NCBI GenBank assembly: GCA_041393415.1
Contig: JAWKKE010000001.1
Span: forward strand, 778,363-842,362
DNA length: 64,000 nt
Reading direction: 5' to 3'
From: Thermoleophilia bacterium
GTDB lineage: Bacteria > Actinomycetota > Thermoleophilia > UBA2241
Under the pieces are notes generated by a model. It searched no databases. It saw only the letters and a program-made list of their open reading frames with translations, and was not told where the DNA came from. The position numbers and the translations under genes are program-made. Below are positions 38,584 through 47,662 of this stretch, piece after piece (within the stretch, counting starts at the first letter, position 1; every line of letters starts with the position of its first letter).

Positions 38584-39825
38584 ATGACCGTCGCACTGCT
38601 GCTCAGCACCGGTCTCACATTGCTCGTACTCGTCGCCCTGTTCCCCAACCTGTGGTATGGGCTGCACGACATCACCGACATCCCGATCTACCACAACTAC
38701 GCTCAGCGCATGGCGGCGGGAGAACAACCGTACACACAAGAACTGAGGATCGAGTACCCGCCGCTCGCCGTTCCGTTCTTCCGGCTTCCCGGCCACGTGG
38801 ACGACCTGGCCAGCTACATGCGCTGGTTCAGCATCTGGATGGGCATCCTCACGTTGGCCACGGCCGCCATCACCACCACTGTCGCCTGCCGGGTTTGGCC
38901 ATACGGCAACCGAGCGTACGCGGCCGCCGTACTGTTCCCCGTCGGAGTCGCGCTCACTGGAGCCATCATCGTGAACCGCTACGACGTCGCCGTCGCACTC
39001 GTCATGGCGGCCTTCTTGCTCTGCCTCATCAGGAGATGGTTCGTCTTGTCGGCCGTGGTCCTCGGCCTGGGCTTCGCTCTGAAGATGACACCGGCGGCAA
39101 TGCTGCCCCTCGTCCTGATCATGGCTGGCCCGCCGAAACGCTGGATCTGGCCAATTGTCGCCTTCATCGTTGCAGCTGCAGCACCATTCGTGCGTCCACT
39201 TCTCAACTCCGCGGACGGCGTCTGGTACGTCTTCCAGTACCACCTGGGGCGACCCCTTCAGATCGAGAGCGTTCTGGGCACGCCGATGCTCATCGGGCAG
39301 ATGCTCGGCGCCGGTTGGGCTAGGTACGGCTACAGCTATGGGTCTCACTTCCTGATAGCACCTGGCGCAGGCATAGCCGCCGCGGCCTCCGGAGGACTCA
39401 CACTCCTCGCGATCGCCGGCATCTACGCACTCGTGTGGCAACGGCGTCGCAGCATCACAGACAGCCCAGAGGATCAGATCCTCGTCGTCCTCGCCATCAC
39501 ACTCGCCCTCATGACATTCAGCAAGGTGCTCTCGCCGCAATACATGATCTGGCTCCTGCCCACGTGGACGCTCGTAGCAGCCCGAGATCGGCTCTTGGGT
39601 ATTCTGGGGGCTCTCGTGCTCCTTCTAACTCAGGTTGAGTTCCCGTCCTTGTATGGTCGGCTCCTCGGCATGCGGCCCGAAACGCTCGCCATTGTGAGCA
39701 CGCGCAACATCCTGCTTCTGCTGTGGCTGGTATTCGCCGCGTGGCGCCTCTGGCGAATACCGACGTCCGACAACCGCACCCCAGCACGAGACACCGAGCT
39801 CTCTGCTGGAGCTCAGCACCCCTAG
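38584..39825 (+). CDS. GT-C fold glycosyltransferase (DUF2029 / GT87-like polyprenol-phosphate-sugar-dependent mannosyltransferase family)
   Basis: ~11 TM helices, first-loop acidic/aromatic region (YHNYAQRMAAGEQPY), and GtrA-adjacent context. Confidence 0.55.
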   Translation: MTVALLLSTGLTLLVLVALFPNLWYGLHDITDIPIYHNYAQRMAAGEQPYTQELRIEYPPLAVPFFRLPGHVDDLASYMRWFSIWMGILTLATAAITTTVACRVWPYGNRAYAAAVLFPVGVALTGAIIVNRYDVAVALVMAAFLLCLIRRWFVLSAVVLGLGFALKMTPAAMLPLVLIMAGPPKRWIWPIVAFIVAAAAPFVRPLLNSADGVWYVFQYHLGRPLQIESVLGTPMLIGQMLGAGWARYGYSYGSHFLIAPGAGIAAAASGGLTLLAIAGIYALVWQRRRSITDSPEDQILVVLAITLALMTFSKVLSPQYMIWLLPTWTLVAARDRLLGILGALVLLLTQVEFPSLYGRLLGMRPETLAIVSTRNILLLLWLVFAAWRLWRIPTSDNRTPARDTELSAGAQHP

Positions 39826-39903
39826 CCAGTCGCCGCTGCGGCGGCCCGAGACGCGATGGCGCGACCCCCGCGCAGCTACCGCGACACGCTCAGCTCCCGG
39901 ACG

Positions 39904-41580
39904 TCAACTGCGTGGCTTGATTGATCGGATGCGGGAGGAATCCCGCCGCGAGCGCGCCCACCGTGGTTGCCAGCGCATCCCATCGACGATCGCGGCATGC
40001 TCGCTCCACGCGAGAGTGTGAGACGCGACCATGCCGCGATCGCGCACCGGTCGAAGACTGCTCACTTCGCGTTCGTCGTAGACGTCTTCTGTCAGCGATA
40101 CGACCTCGTGCAGCCGCATTCCGGCGCCATAGCCCGAAGAGCAGTCCTGGCTTGGACGAAAGAGGCGACCCTGGACAACGAACGGCTGTCCAGCCGGACG
40201 CGATCGATGAACATCACAGACGACTGGATTGCCCTTGTGGGGCCGCCAATCGCCGGCGAGCGGGTGATCAGCTACGAACACGTGCAGAGTATCGCGGGGA
40301 GTCAACCACGCATGCTCCGACACGGTCGCGAACAGCCACCACCTGCCGTCGAACTCGACGAGAGAGCTGTCACAAGCGTACAACCCGTCGATCAGGGTTC
40401 GATCGAACTCCCAGCGCCACGGGTACTCGACACAGCGGTAGGCATCGACGCGCCGCAACTGGCGAGACTCGGGAACCATGTAGAGCTCGCCGTCCACCGT
40501 GAACGTCGCCGGGTACGAGAGGTGGCAGTCTGCTCGCTGAAGCACGGGTCTTGCTTCAATCAGAGCGCCGTGATCATTGAGCCGCAAGAGCGCGATGTGC
40601 CCTCGACGAGAAGCGAACGGATACTCCTCGACTAAGACCAACGTCTCATCGCTACCAGAGAGAAGGTGCGGGTCGGCCCAGAATCGATCCCTTGGCGGCA
40701 CAATGTCCGCGAGTGCTCGAAAACAGGACAACGTGTCCTCAGGGGGACACGTTTCGCTCGACGGCTGTCCCTGGACAATGAACCACTGGCCGCGCCAGAA
40801 GACCCGTCGCAGACTGAACGCCGCAGATCGGACGGCGTGACGGGCGAGAAGCACCAGAAGGCCGAGCGCACCGGGAGCGCGTTTCGCGGTGCGCGCCACA
40901 CCCGGCGCGAGAGGCGCGGCATAAACGCCACCGGCGGCGAAGGCTTCCACCTGCTGGATGACCAGGGGGATGCTCTTCCAAAGAAGTTGAACACGGTTCT
41001 CGGCGCCAAACAGAGGGTGTGTGCTGAACAGCGCCCGACGCAGGGTGTCGCCCCTCTGACGATCACCGGACACGGAGAAGAGTGTGCATTGAGTCGATTC
41101 CTCGGCGGCCAGCACCGGAGCGTATCCGGAGGAGGCTTCGGCCCAGGGACGGTGTCCGTCGTGATCAAAGCACCAAACGGGACACCTGATCTCTGCTGCC
41201 AAACGCGTCGCCACTGACTGATCCACAGCGGCGACGATCAAGGCAGTGTCCCGTGGCCTGCCCACCACAACCTCGAATCCCGCCTCCTCGAGATCAACCA
41301 TGACCCTTGGATCCGGGCTTGAGCGACAGATAGCTCGCTGCAAGTGACGATCGATCGTGCGATAGGCGTTCCACAGGCGCAGGCCCGAGCGACGTGTCAC
41401 TGTCGCGCTCGCGTCGCTATCCGTAGCGAGGAAGACGGTCAGCTCGACTTCGGAGCTCGCCTCTAGCGCCTGGGCGAGAGCAACGGTCCACTGCGGAACG
41501 ACCGCCTGCGCGACTGCCAAGCCAACCCGGACTCGACCACCCATCGCGTCCGCCGTTGTCCATTCTGTTCTCACACGCAC
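39904..41580 (-). CDS. hypothetical protein (558 aa); paralog of the 51083-52738 product
   Basis: Shared C-terminal blocks (WEFDRTLIDGLYACDSSLVEFDGRWWLFA / WEYRRTLIDGVALVDASIVFWDGLWWLFA; GQPFVVQGRLFRPSQDCSSGYGAGM / GVPFVHGGRLYRPAQDGSGGYGHGI). Function unknown. Confidence 0.4.
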   Translation of the reverse strand: MRVRTEWTTADAMGGRVRVGLAVAQAVVPQWTVALAQALEASSEVELTVFLATDSDASATVTRRSGLRLWNAYRTIDRHLQRAICRSSPDPRVMVDLEEAGFEVVVGRPRDTALIVAAVDQSVATRLAAEIRCPVWCFDHDGHRPWAEASSGYAPVLAAEESTQCTLFSVSGDRQRGDTLRRALFSTHPLFGAENRVQLLWKSIPLVIQQVEAFAAGGVYAAPLAPGVARTAKRAPGALGLLVLLARHAVRSAAFSLRRVFWRGQWFIVQGQPSSETCPPEDTLSCFRALADIVPPRDRFWADPHLLSGSDETLVLVEEYPFASRRGHIALLRLNDHGALIEARPVLQRADCHLSYPATFTVDGELYMVPESRQLRRVDAYRCVEYPWRWEFDRTLIDGLYACDSSLVEFDGRWWLFATVSEHAWLTPRDTLHVFVADHPLAGDWRPHKGNPVVCDVHRSRPAGQPFVVQGRLFRPSQDCSSGYGAGMRLHEVVSLTEDVYDEREVSSLRPVRDRGMVASHTLAWSEHAAIVDGMRWQPRWARSRRDSSRIRSIKPRS

Positions 41581-41693
41581 TCCATCTCATCCGCTGCAAG
41601 CTGCAACACGCTGCTAGAATACGGTCCACTCCTTAGGATGTGACCGATGCAGCGGCATGCCTGGTCACCAAGCATACGCTGGGAGCAGACGTG

Positions 41694-42938
41694 CGTATCC
41701 TCGTTGCCAACAAGTTCTGGTACCGCCGAGCGGGACTCGAGCGGGTCATGTTCGACGAAATCGCCTGGCTCGCTGCCGAAGGGCACGAGATCGCGCACTT
41801 CTCGACGCGCCATCCGGAGAACGACGCGTCTCCCTGGGAGAACTACTTCGTGCCCTACTTCGAGCTTGGTATCCAGACTCAGATCTCACGCCGCGAACAA
41901 GCCATCGCCGCTCAACGTCTCTTCTGGAACCAGGAAGCTGAGGCAAGTTTTTCACGTCTCTTACGCGACTTCCGCCCAGACGTCGTGCACGTCCACGGCA
42001 TCCACCGACAGCTCTCGCCCTCCATCCTGGCAGCGGCGCAGCGAGCACATGTACCTGTCGTGCAGACGCTCCACGACTACCACCCCATCTGCCCTGCCGA
42101 CGATCTACTGTTCGCCGGCAGCCGCGCCTGCGATCCACCACGTTGCACGCGCTTCAACGTATCACCCTGCGCACGCTTTCGTTGCGTTCAACACAGCGCA
42201 AGCAAGAGCTCCCTGGCGGCCGCTGAGCTGCTTTGGCGTCGATGGGTCCTGCACTACGAGCGACTCGTCGACGCGTTCATCTCGCCGAGTCGCTATCTGG
42301 CAGACGTCGTGACCAGCCACGGTGTTAACAAGCCAATTCATCTCCTGCCGAACGCTATTCCCGACCCCGGCACGGCACTCGTCGGCAACACAGCCAGCGA
42401 CGAATTCGTCTACGCAGGCCGTCTCTCGCGCGAAAAGGGGCTGCCTACACTCCTCCGCGCCGTGGAGCTCGCCGGCGTACGTCTTGCCGTGGCCGGCGAC
42501 GGGCCCCTACGGGCGTCGCTCGAGGCAGCAGCGCCCAGCACCGTGCGCTTTCTCGGCCGATTGGACGGAGACGACGTCAATCGCTTGCTCGCAACAAGCC
42601 GCGCAGCCGTTGTGCCCTCGGAATGGGCCGAGAACGCCCCCATGGCCGTCCTGGAGCCCATGGTCCTCGGTCGCCCCGTGATCGCCACACGCATGGGAGG
42701 AATTCCGGAGCAGGTTCGCGACGGCGTTGATGGTGTCATCATCCCGCATGGCAATCCGGTCGAGCTTGCCGCCGCGCTACGCGTACTCGCCGAGGATCCA
42801 GCCTTGGCCGACCGCCTCGGGCGTTCCGCTCGAGAGCGTGCCATCACGCGTTTCGACCCTGGCGTCCATACCCGAGACCTCGTCGACATCTACCGTGGCG
42901 TGGTAGCGCAACGTAACCGCAACGTCAGGCGAGCCTGA
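41694..42938 (+). CDS. glycosyltransferase family 4
   Basis: N-terminus VRILVANKFW..., C-terminal GT4 motif EWAENAPMAVLEPMVLGRPVIATRMGGIPEQVRDG. The longest ORF starts at 41640. Confidence 0.7.
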   Translation, partial: RILVANKFWYRRAGLERVMFDEIAWLAAEGHEIAHFSTRHPENDASPWENYFVPYFELGIQTQISRREQAIAAQRLFWNQEAEASFSRLLRDFRPDVVHVHGIHRQLSPSILAAAQRAHVPVVQTLHDYHPICPADDLLFAGSRACDPPRCTRFNVSPCARFRCVQHSASKSSLAAAELLWRRWVLHYERLVDAFISPSRYLADVVTSHGVNKPIHLLPNAIPDPGTALVGNTASDEFVYAGRLSREKGLPTLLRAVELAGVRLAVAGDGPLRASLEAAAPSTVRFLGRLDGDDVNRLLATSRAAVVPSEWAENAPMAVLEPMVLGRPVIATRMGGIPEQVRDGVDGVIIPHGNPVELAAALRVLAEDPALADRLGRSARERAITRFDPGVHTRDLVDIYRGVVAQRNRNVRRA

Positions 42939-44128
42939 TGAGAGTTGCCGTCGTAGGGTCTCGGGGCATGCCCGGCGTACCGGGCGGCATCGAACGCCAT
43001 GTCGAAGAACTCTACCCCAGGCTCGCCAAGCTCGGTGTCGACGTCACCGTCTATGCCCGGCGCGAATACGTCCCTGAACACACGTGGGTCGACGGCGTGC
43101 GAGTCGTGTCGCTGAGATCAGTTGGAGGGCGCTACGGCGAAGCGCTCTCCCACACTACGTACGCCCTCTTGCACGCGTCACTTGGCCGCTACGACCTGGT
43201 ACACATGCACGCGATCGGCCCCGGCGTCACTCTGCCGTTGGCTCGCCTCCTCGGCCTACGTCCCAGCGTTTTCACTTTTCACTCATTCGACTACCTGCGC
43301 TCGAAATGGGGACCGCGAGCACGCGCTTTCCTCCGCTTCTCAGAACGAGTGAGCGTGCGCTACGCCGACGCCATCATTGCGGTCTCGGAAGCCGGCCGCA
43401 ACCACATCGCACGTACATACGGGAGACGTGTAACGCGCATCCCGAACGGCCCGGGTAACCTCCGCACCCGGCCCCCCGGCACGTGCCTCGCCCGCCTCGG
43501 CCTGCAAGGCCGCCCCTACATCCTGTCGGTCGGCCGCCTGAGTCCCGAGAAGTGCCTCGAAGATGTCATCACGGCGGCACGACGCGCGGTGCCGGACGTC
43601 CCACTAGTACTCGCCGGAGATACGAGCTACACAGATGAGTACATTTCTAGTCTGCGTTCAATCGCCGGGCCCCAGGTCGTGTTTCCCGGCTACGTTCACG
43701 GAGCCGACCTCGAGGAGCTGTACTCTTCTGCGCTGGTCTACGTCATTGCCTCCGAGATCGAGGGCCTCTCCGTCAGCCTCCTTGAGGCCATGTCGCTCGG
43801 TTGCCCGGTTATCGCCAGCGACATCCCCGGCAATCGCGAGGCACTCGGCGCACCGGCAGCAGGGCTCACGTTTGCCGTCCACGATACGGCAGCACTCGAG
43901 GCCGCGATGAAGCTTCTGGCCGACGACGCGCCAGCTCGGGCTGAGTACGCCGACGCTGCACGCCGGCGAGTGCGAGAGGAATTCGACTGGGACGCCGCCG
44001 CAAGGGCGACCCTCGAAGTCTACGAGCACGCGCTTCACGATTCGAGCGTACGTCGGACCCATCGCAACCAGCGTCCACCAGAGCGTGCCGCACAGGCCGA
44101 CAACGAAGGGACGGGCTTCGCATCGTGA
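42938..44128 (+). CDS. glycosyltransferase family 4
   Basis: MRVAVVGSRGMPGVPGGIERHV N-terminus, C-terminal EIEGLSVSLLEAMSLGCPVIASDIPGNREAL. ATGA overlap with the upstream gene. Confidence 0.75.
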   Translation: MRVAVVGSRGMPGVPGGIERHVEELYPRLAKLGVDVTVYARREYVPEHTWVDGVRVVSLRSVGGRYGEALSHTTYALLHASLGRYDLVHMHAIGPGVTLPLARLLGLRPSVFTFHSFDYLRSKWGPRARAFLRFSERVSVRYADAIIAVSEAGRNHIARTYGRRVTRIPNGPGNLRTRPPGTCLARLGLQGRPYILSVGRLSPEKCLEDVITAARRAVPDVPLVLAGDTSYTDEYISSLRSIAGPQVVFPGYVHGADLEELYSSALVYVIASEIEGLSVSLLEAMSLGCPVIASDIPGNREALGAPAAGLTFAVHDTAALEAAMKLLADDAPARAEYADAARRRVREEFDWDAAARATLEVYEHALHDSSVRRTHRNQRPPERAAQADNEGTGFAS

Positions 44129-45288
44129 CCGAACCGACGCAGAGCGACACTCCGGCCGTCCGCTTCAACTACGCGACTTCCCTTAGTTCAAACGACGTCG
44201 ATCGATGGCGCGCCTTCGCGAGACGGGTGCCGTGGGCACACTACAAGCAAGACCCCAGTTGGGCCGAAGTCGTTTGCTCCCCCGAGGCAGATGGGTCGCG
44301 TCAACCGGTGTTCTTCACGGTCGAGCGAGACGGAGAACTCTGTCTCACAGCTCTCGGCATCCGCCGTCGCGTGCCCGTACCGGGCAGGGTCTTCTGGGAG
44401 TTCGAGAAGGGTCCCGTGTTCGCCGACAACGACGCCCTCGAGGCCTGGCTGAACTTCCTGCTCGCTCGCGTGGGCCACGAAGCCGCCCGACTGCGACTCG
44501 CTCCATCCATGCCTTTGGCGGAAGGCGGAGACGAGGTGGAGACTATCCTCGAACGCGCCGGTTTCACCCGTCGGCGAATGCTCGGCGGATGGGCGACACT
44601 CTGCGTTGGCCTTGAGGCCGAAGAGAACGAGATCTTTCGCTCGTTTCGCTCGGCGACACAGCGCGCGGTGCGCAAGTCACAGCGACTGGGTGTCAGCGTC
44701 GCCATCGACGACACAGCCGGCGGCTGGGCCGTGCTCGCCGCCCTGGAGACCGAACTCTCCCAACACTCACCCGTCAGCGCCGTTTCGCCAGACACCATCG
44801 CCCAGATCAGCAGAACGTGGCTGCGCCACGGCGCCGGCGGCACAGTCATGGTGGCTCATCACGACGGACGACCACTTGCAGCGGCGCTCCTCATCATCGA
44901 TGGACTCACCGCCCACCTTCCGCTCATACCTTCATCGCGTCGCGTGCGGGATCTCCCGGCGAGCCATCTCCTCGTTTGGGAGGCTGCTCGTTGGGCACGC
45001 CGACATGGATGCACCCGCTTGGACCTGGACGGCTACAGCCTCGTCGCGCGTCCGGGCGAGGCGCTCTGGGGCATCAATCAGTTCAAGCGGGGCTTCGCAT
45101 CGCTCGACAACCTGACACGTTCGGTCGCCATCCATGAGCGCATCGGCTCGCCGCTCGTCGTCGCCTCGGCGGACGCAGTCCGGGAAGCTCAGGGCCGCTG
45201 GCAGCACTGGCTCCGCGCACGTGAGACCGCAAGGAACGAAGCGGCCAACGATGTCCGGGAAAGAACGCGCCCCGAGGAGTCGGCATGA
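44125..45288 (+). CDS. FemAB/CelD-like GNAT-family acyl/aminoacyl transferase (copy 1 of 3)
   Basis: GTGA start overlap. FemAB-family-like architecture with C-terminal LVWEAARWARRHGCTRLDLDG. Confidence 0.5.
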   Translation: MTEPTQSDTPAVRFNYATSLSSNDVDRWRAFARRVPWAHYKQDPSWAEVVCSPEADGSRQPVFFTVERDGELCLTALGIRRRVPVPGRVFWEFEKGPVFADNDALEAWLNFLLARVGHEAARLRLAPSMPLAEGGDEVETILERAGFTRRRMLGGWATLCVGLEAEENEIFRSFRSATQRAVRKSQRLGVSVAIDDTAGGWAVLAALETELSQHSPVSAVSPDTIAQISRTWLRHGAGGTVMVAHHDGRPLAAALLIIDGLTAHLPLIPSSRRVRDLPASHLLVWEAARWARRHGCTRLDLDGYSLVARPGEALWGINQFKRGFASLDNLTRSVAIHERIGSPLVVASADAVREAQGRWQHWLRARETARNEAANDVRERTRPEESA

Positions 45289-46514
45289 CGCCCGCCAGTA
45301 GCTGGCGCATCACAGAGCGACGTGGACAGACGGCGCTGCGCGACCTCAAAGACAACTGGCGAAGGCTCTATCTCGAGACTCCCGATCGACAACGCTACCA
45401 CCTGTATCAGGCATGCGCGGCGTTTGTTGATCACCTCTGCCCATCTTGGGATAGCTTCCGCCTGCTGACGCTTATGCACGGCGACGAACTCCGCGGCATC
45501 TGCCCGCTGATACCGCGCACCGTCGACACTCTCGGGGCACCTATGCCGGTGTGGTCGCTTCCCTGGCACCTGCATTGGCTTGTCACAGACGTCCTTTGCC
45601 CCGACGACGACGCCAGACGACAATTTCTTCCGGTAGTCGTGAGGCACCTCAGTAGGCACGCGGAAGGAAGACCTATCCTCCTCATAGGCCCGGCGCAACA
45701 ACAGTCAGCCCTCTGGGAGGGACTGCACGCACTGCGCCCCTCTTCATACTGCATCGAGCCAGCGATGAGCTCTGCCGTCCTGGATTGCCGGCTGTCGTAC
45801 GACGATCTCATGGGGCGCCTCTCCAAACACTTCCGACGCAATCTCCGTAGCCATCGCAGGAAGCTCCTCGAACTCGTCGATGTTCAGTTCCTGACGCACG
45901 CAGAAACAGACGACGCCGCGGCCGCGCTAGAAACATTCCTTCACATTGAAGCTTCCGGGTGGAAGGGCACCTCAGGCAAGCGATCAGCCATATCGCTCAA
46001 TCCATGCACCGAGGCGTTCTATGGCGATCTGGTGCGGCACGGAGTCGAGGACGCCGATCGCTGCGAGCTCAACGCGCTCCACGTCGGCGACATTTGCATT
46101 GCCAGTCAGCTCTGCATGCGCAATGGGTCCACCTATACCATCCTCAAGATCGCCTACGACGAAGCCTTCGCCCGACTCGGCCCCGGACAGCTTCTCTTGG
46201 CGCACACGATCGAGCGATGCTGCGCCGACCCTGCCATTCACCGCCTTGACTTAGTCAGCGATGCGGGATGGTGCTCCGATTGGCATACCGACGCACTGCC
46301 GATGCAGCAGGCCTACATCGCCATCGGACGGCTCAGCGGAATCCCCTCCGTGTCGCTCCTGCGCTTCCGTTTCGGGCCGCTCCGTCGTCTCGTGCGTGGA
46401 GCGCGAGCGCGCTCCGGAGGGACGCACGACGCCCAGACGGGACGCGCCTGCTATGAGGGCCGTCCCGAAGAAGCAGCGACGACAACCGATACAACGCGGT
46501 CGCATGCTGGGTGA
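45285..46514 (+). CDS. FemAB/CelD-like GNAT-family transferase (copy 2 of 3)
   Basis: ATGA start overlap. IEASGWKGTSGKRSAI and LDLVSDAGW motifs shared with copy 3. Confidence 0.5.
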   Translation: MTPASSWRITERRGQTALRDLKDNWRRLYLETPDRQRYHLYQACAAFVDHLCPSWDSFRLLTLMHGDELRGICPLIPRTVDTLGAPMPVWSLPWHLHWLVTDVLCPDDDARRQFLPVVVRHLSRHAEGRPILLIGPAQQQSALWEGLHALRPSSYCIEPAMSSAVLDCRLSYDDLMGRLSKHFRRNLRSHRRKLLELVDVQFLTHAETDDAAAALETFLHIEASGWKGTSGKRSAISLNPCTEAFYGDLVRHGVEDADRCELNALHVGDICIASQLCMRNGSTYTILKIAYDEAFARLGPGQLLLAHTIERCCADPAIHRLDLVSDAGWCSDWHTDALPMQQAYIAIGRLSGIPSVSLLRFRFGPLRRLVRGARARSGGTHDAQTGRACYEGRPEEAATTTDTTRSHAG

Positions 46515-47652
46515 CTTGCGCATCGAAGAGTACCGCGGCGCCGATGCATTTCGAGCGCTGGCGGCCGATTGGCACCGACTGTACTTCGCCCTCCCAACAC
46601 GAGTGCATTCAACCGCCTATGAGGCCCACCTGGCCTACTTCGAGACGCTCATGGCAACACCGGAAAGGTTTCGCTGCCTCGTGGTCTCGGACGACAGCGG
46701 CCGGCGAGCTCTATGTCCGCTCGAAGCACGGGTAGATCGACTCCTGGGAATTCCGGTACCTGTTTGGGGTGTCCCGGTGCATCCGCATCTACCATTCGCC
46801 GACATCCTTTGCGGAGACGACGAAGTGCGACCGCACGTCATCCCACTCGTCCTCAAGTACTTGCAGTCTCGACCTGAAGGTCGGCACCTCTTCACCGTAG
46901 GTCCCGTGGCTGCAACGTCACAACTGTGGACGGGTCTCAACCGCCTTCCCCGTTGGAGCTACGCCATCGACACACCTTGGCAGGCAAACTACTTCGACTG
47001 CTCGCAGGGCGTCGAAAGCCTCGTCGCGCGATTCTCCAAGAGCTTCCGCACCAAAGTGCGCAAGGCAGAAAGACGCCTGTCGACCCTCCCCGATGCGAGC
47101 TTCACGACGGCGGCATCCGCAGACGCGCTTGCCGCCGCATTTACCACCTTCCTTGATGTCGAGGCTTCGGGGTGGAAGGGTGCGAATGGCACCCGCACGG
47201 CAGTGCGCTTCCGCACGGGTCAGCCGGAGTTCTTCCGCAGATTAGCGCTACCCCTTGGAGGTGGCGATGGATGCGAGATCAACAGCCTGTATGCGGAAGG
47301 CAAGTGCATCGCCACGCACTACTGCGTGCGTTCGGGAGAGGACTACGCCATTCTCAAGAGCGGGTACGACGAGTCGTACGCGCGCTTCAGCCCAGGTCAA
47401 CTTCTGCGTCTGCACACGCTGACGCGATGCTGCGATGACCCGACGATACGTCGCTGCAGTCTCGTAAGCGACTACGACTGGCAGCAGATCTGGAATCCTG
47501 AGTCGATGGCCGTGCGTACCGTGTACATCGCCGTAGGCGGTACTGCTTCCGGCAGAACGATTGCCGGCCTCTACCGCTTCCGGCTCGGCAGTGGCAGGCG
47601 GGCGGCGCGCTGGCTACGTGCCAGGACTCGCCGCCCGCCCACCAAGAGCTAG
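46504..47652 (+). CDS. FemAB/CelD-like GNAT-family transferase (copy 3 of 3); start ambiguous (46453 or 46504)
   Basis: VEASGWKGANGTRTAV and CSLVSDYDW are paralogous to copy 2. Confidence 0.45.
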   Translation: MLGDLRIEEYRGADAFRALAADWHRLYFALPTRVHSTAYEAHLAYFETLMATPERFRCLVVSDDSGRRALCPLEARVDRLLGIPVPVWGVPVHPHLPFADILCGDDEVRPHVIPLVLKYLQSRPEGRHLFTVGPVAATSQLWTGLNRLPRWSYAIDTPWQANYFDCSQGVESLVARFSKSFRTKVRKAERRLSTLPDASFTTAASADALAAAFTTFLDVEASGWKGANGTRTAVRFRTGQPEFFRRLALPLGGGDGCEINSLYAEGKCIATHYCVRSGEDYAILKSGYDESYARFSPGQLLRLHTLTRCCDDPTIRRCSLVSDYDWQQIWNPESMAVRTVYIAVGGTASGRTIAGLYRFRLGSGRRAARWLRARTRRPPTKS

Positions 47653-47662
47653 GACCCGAAGA

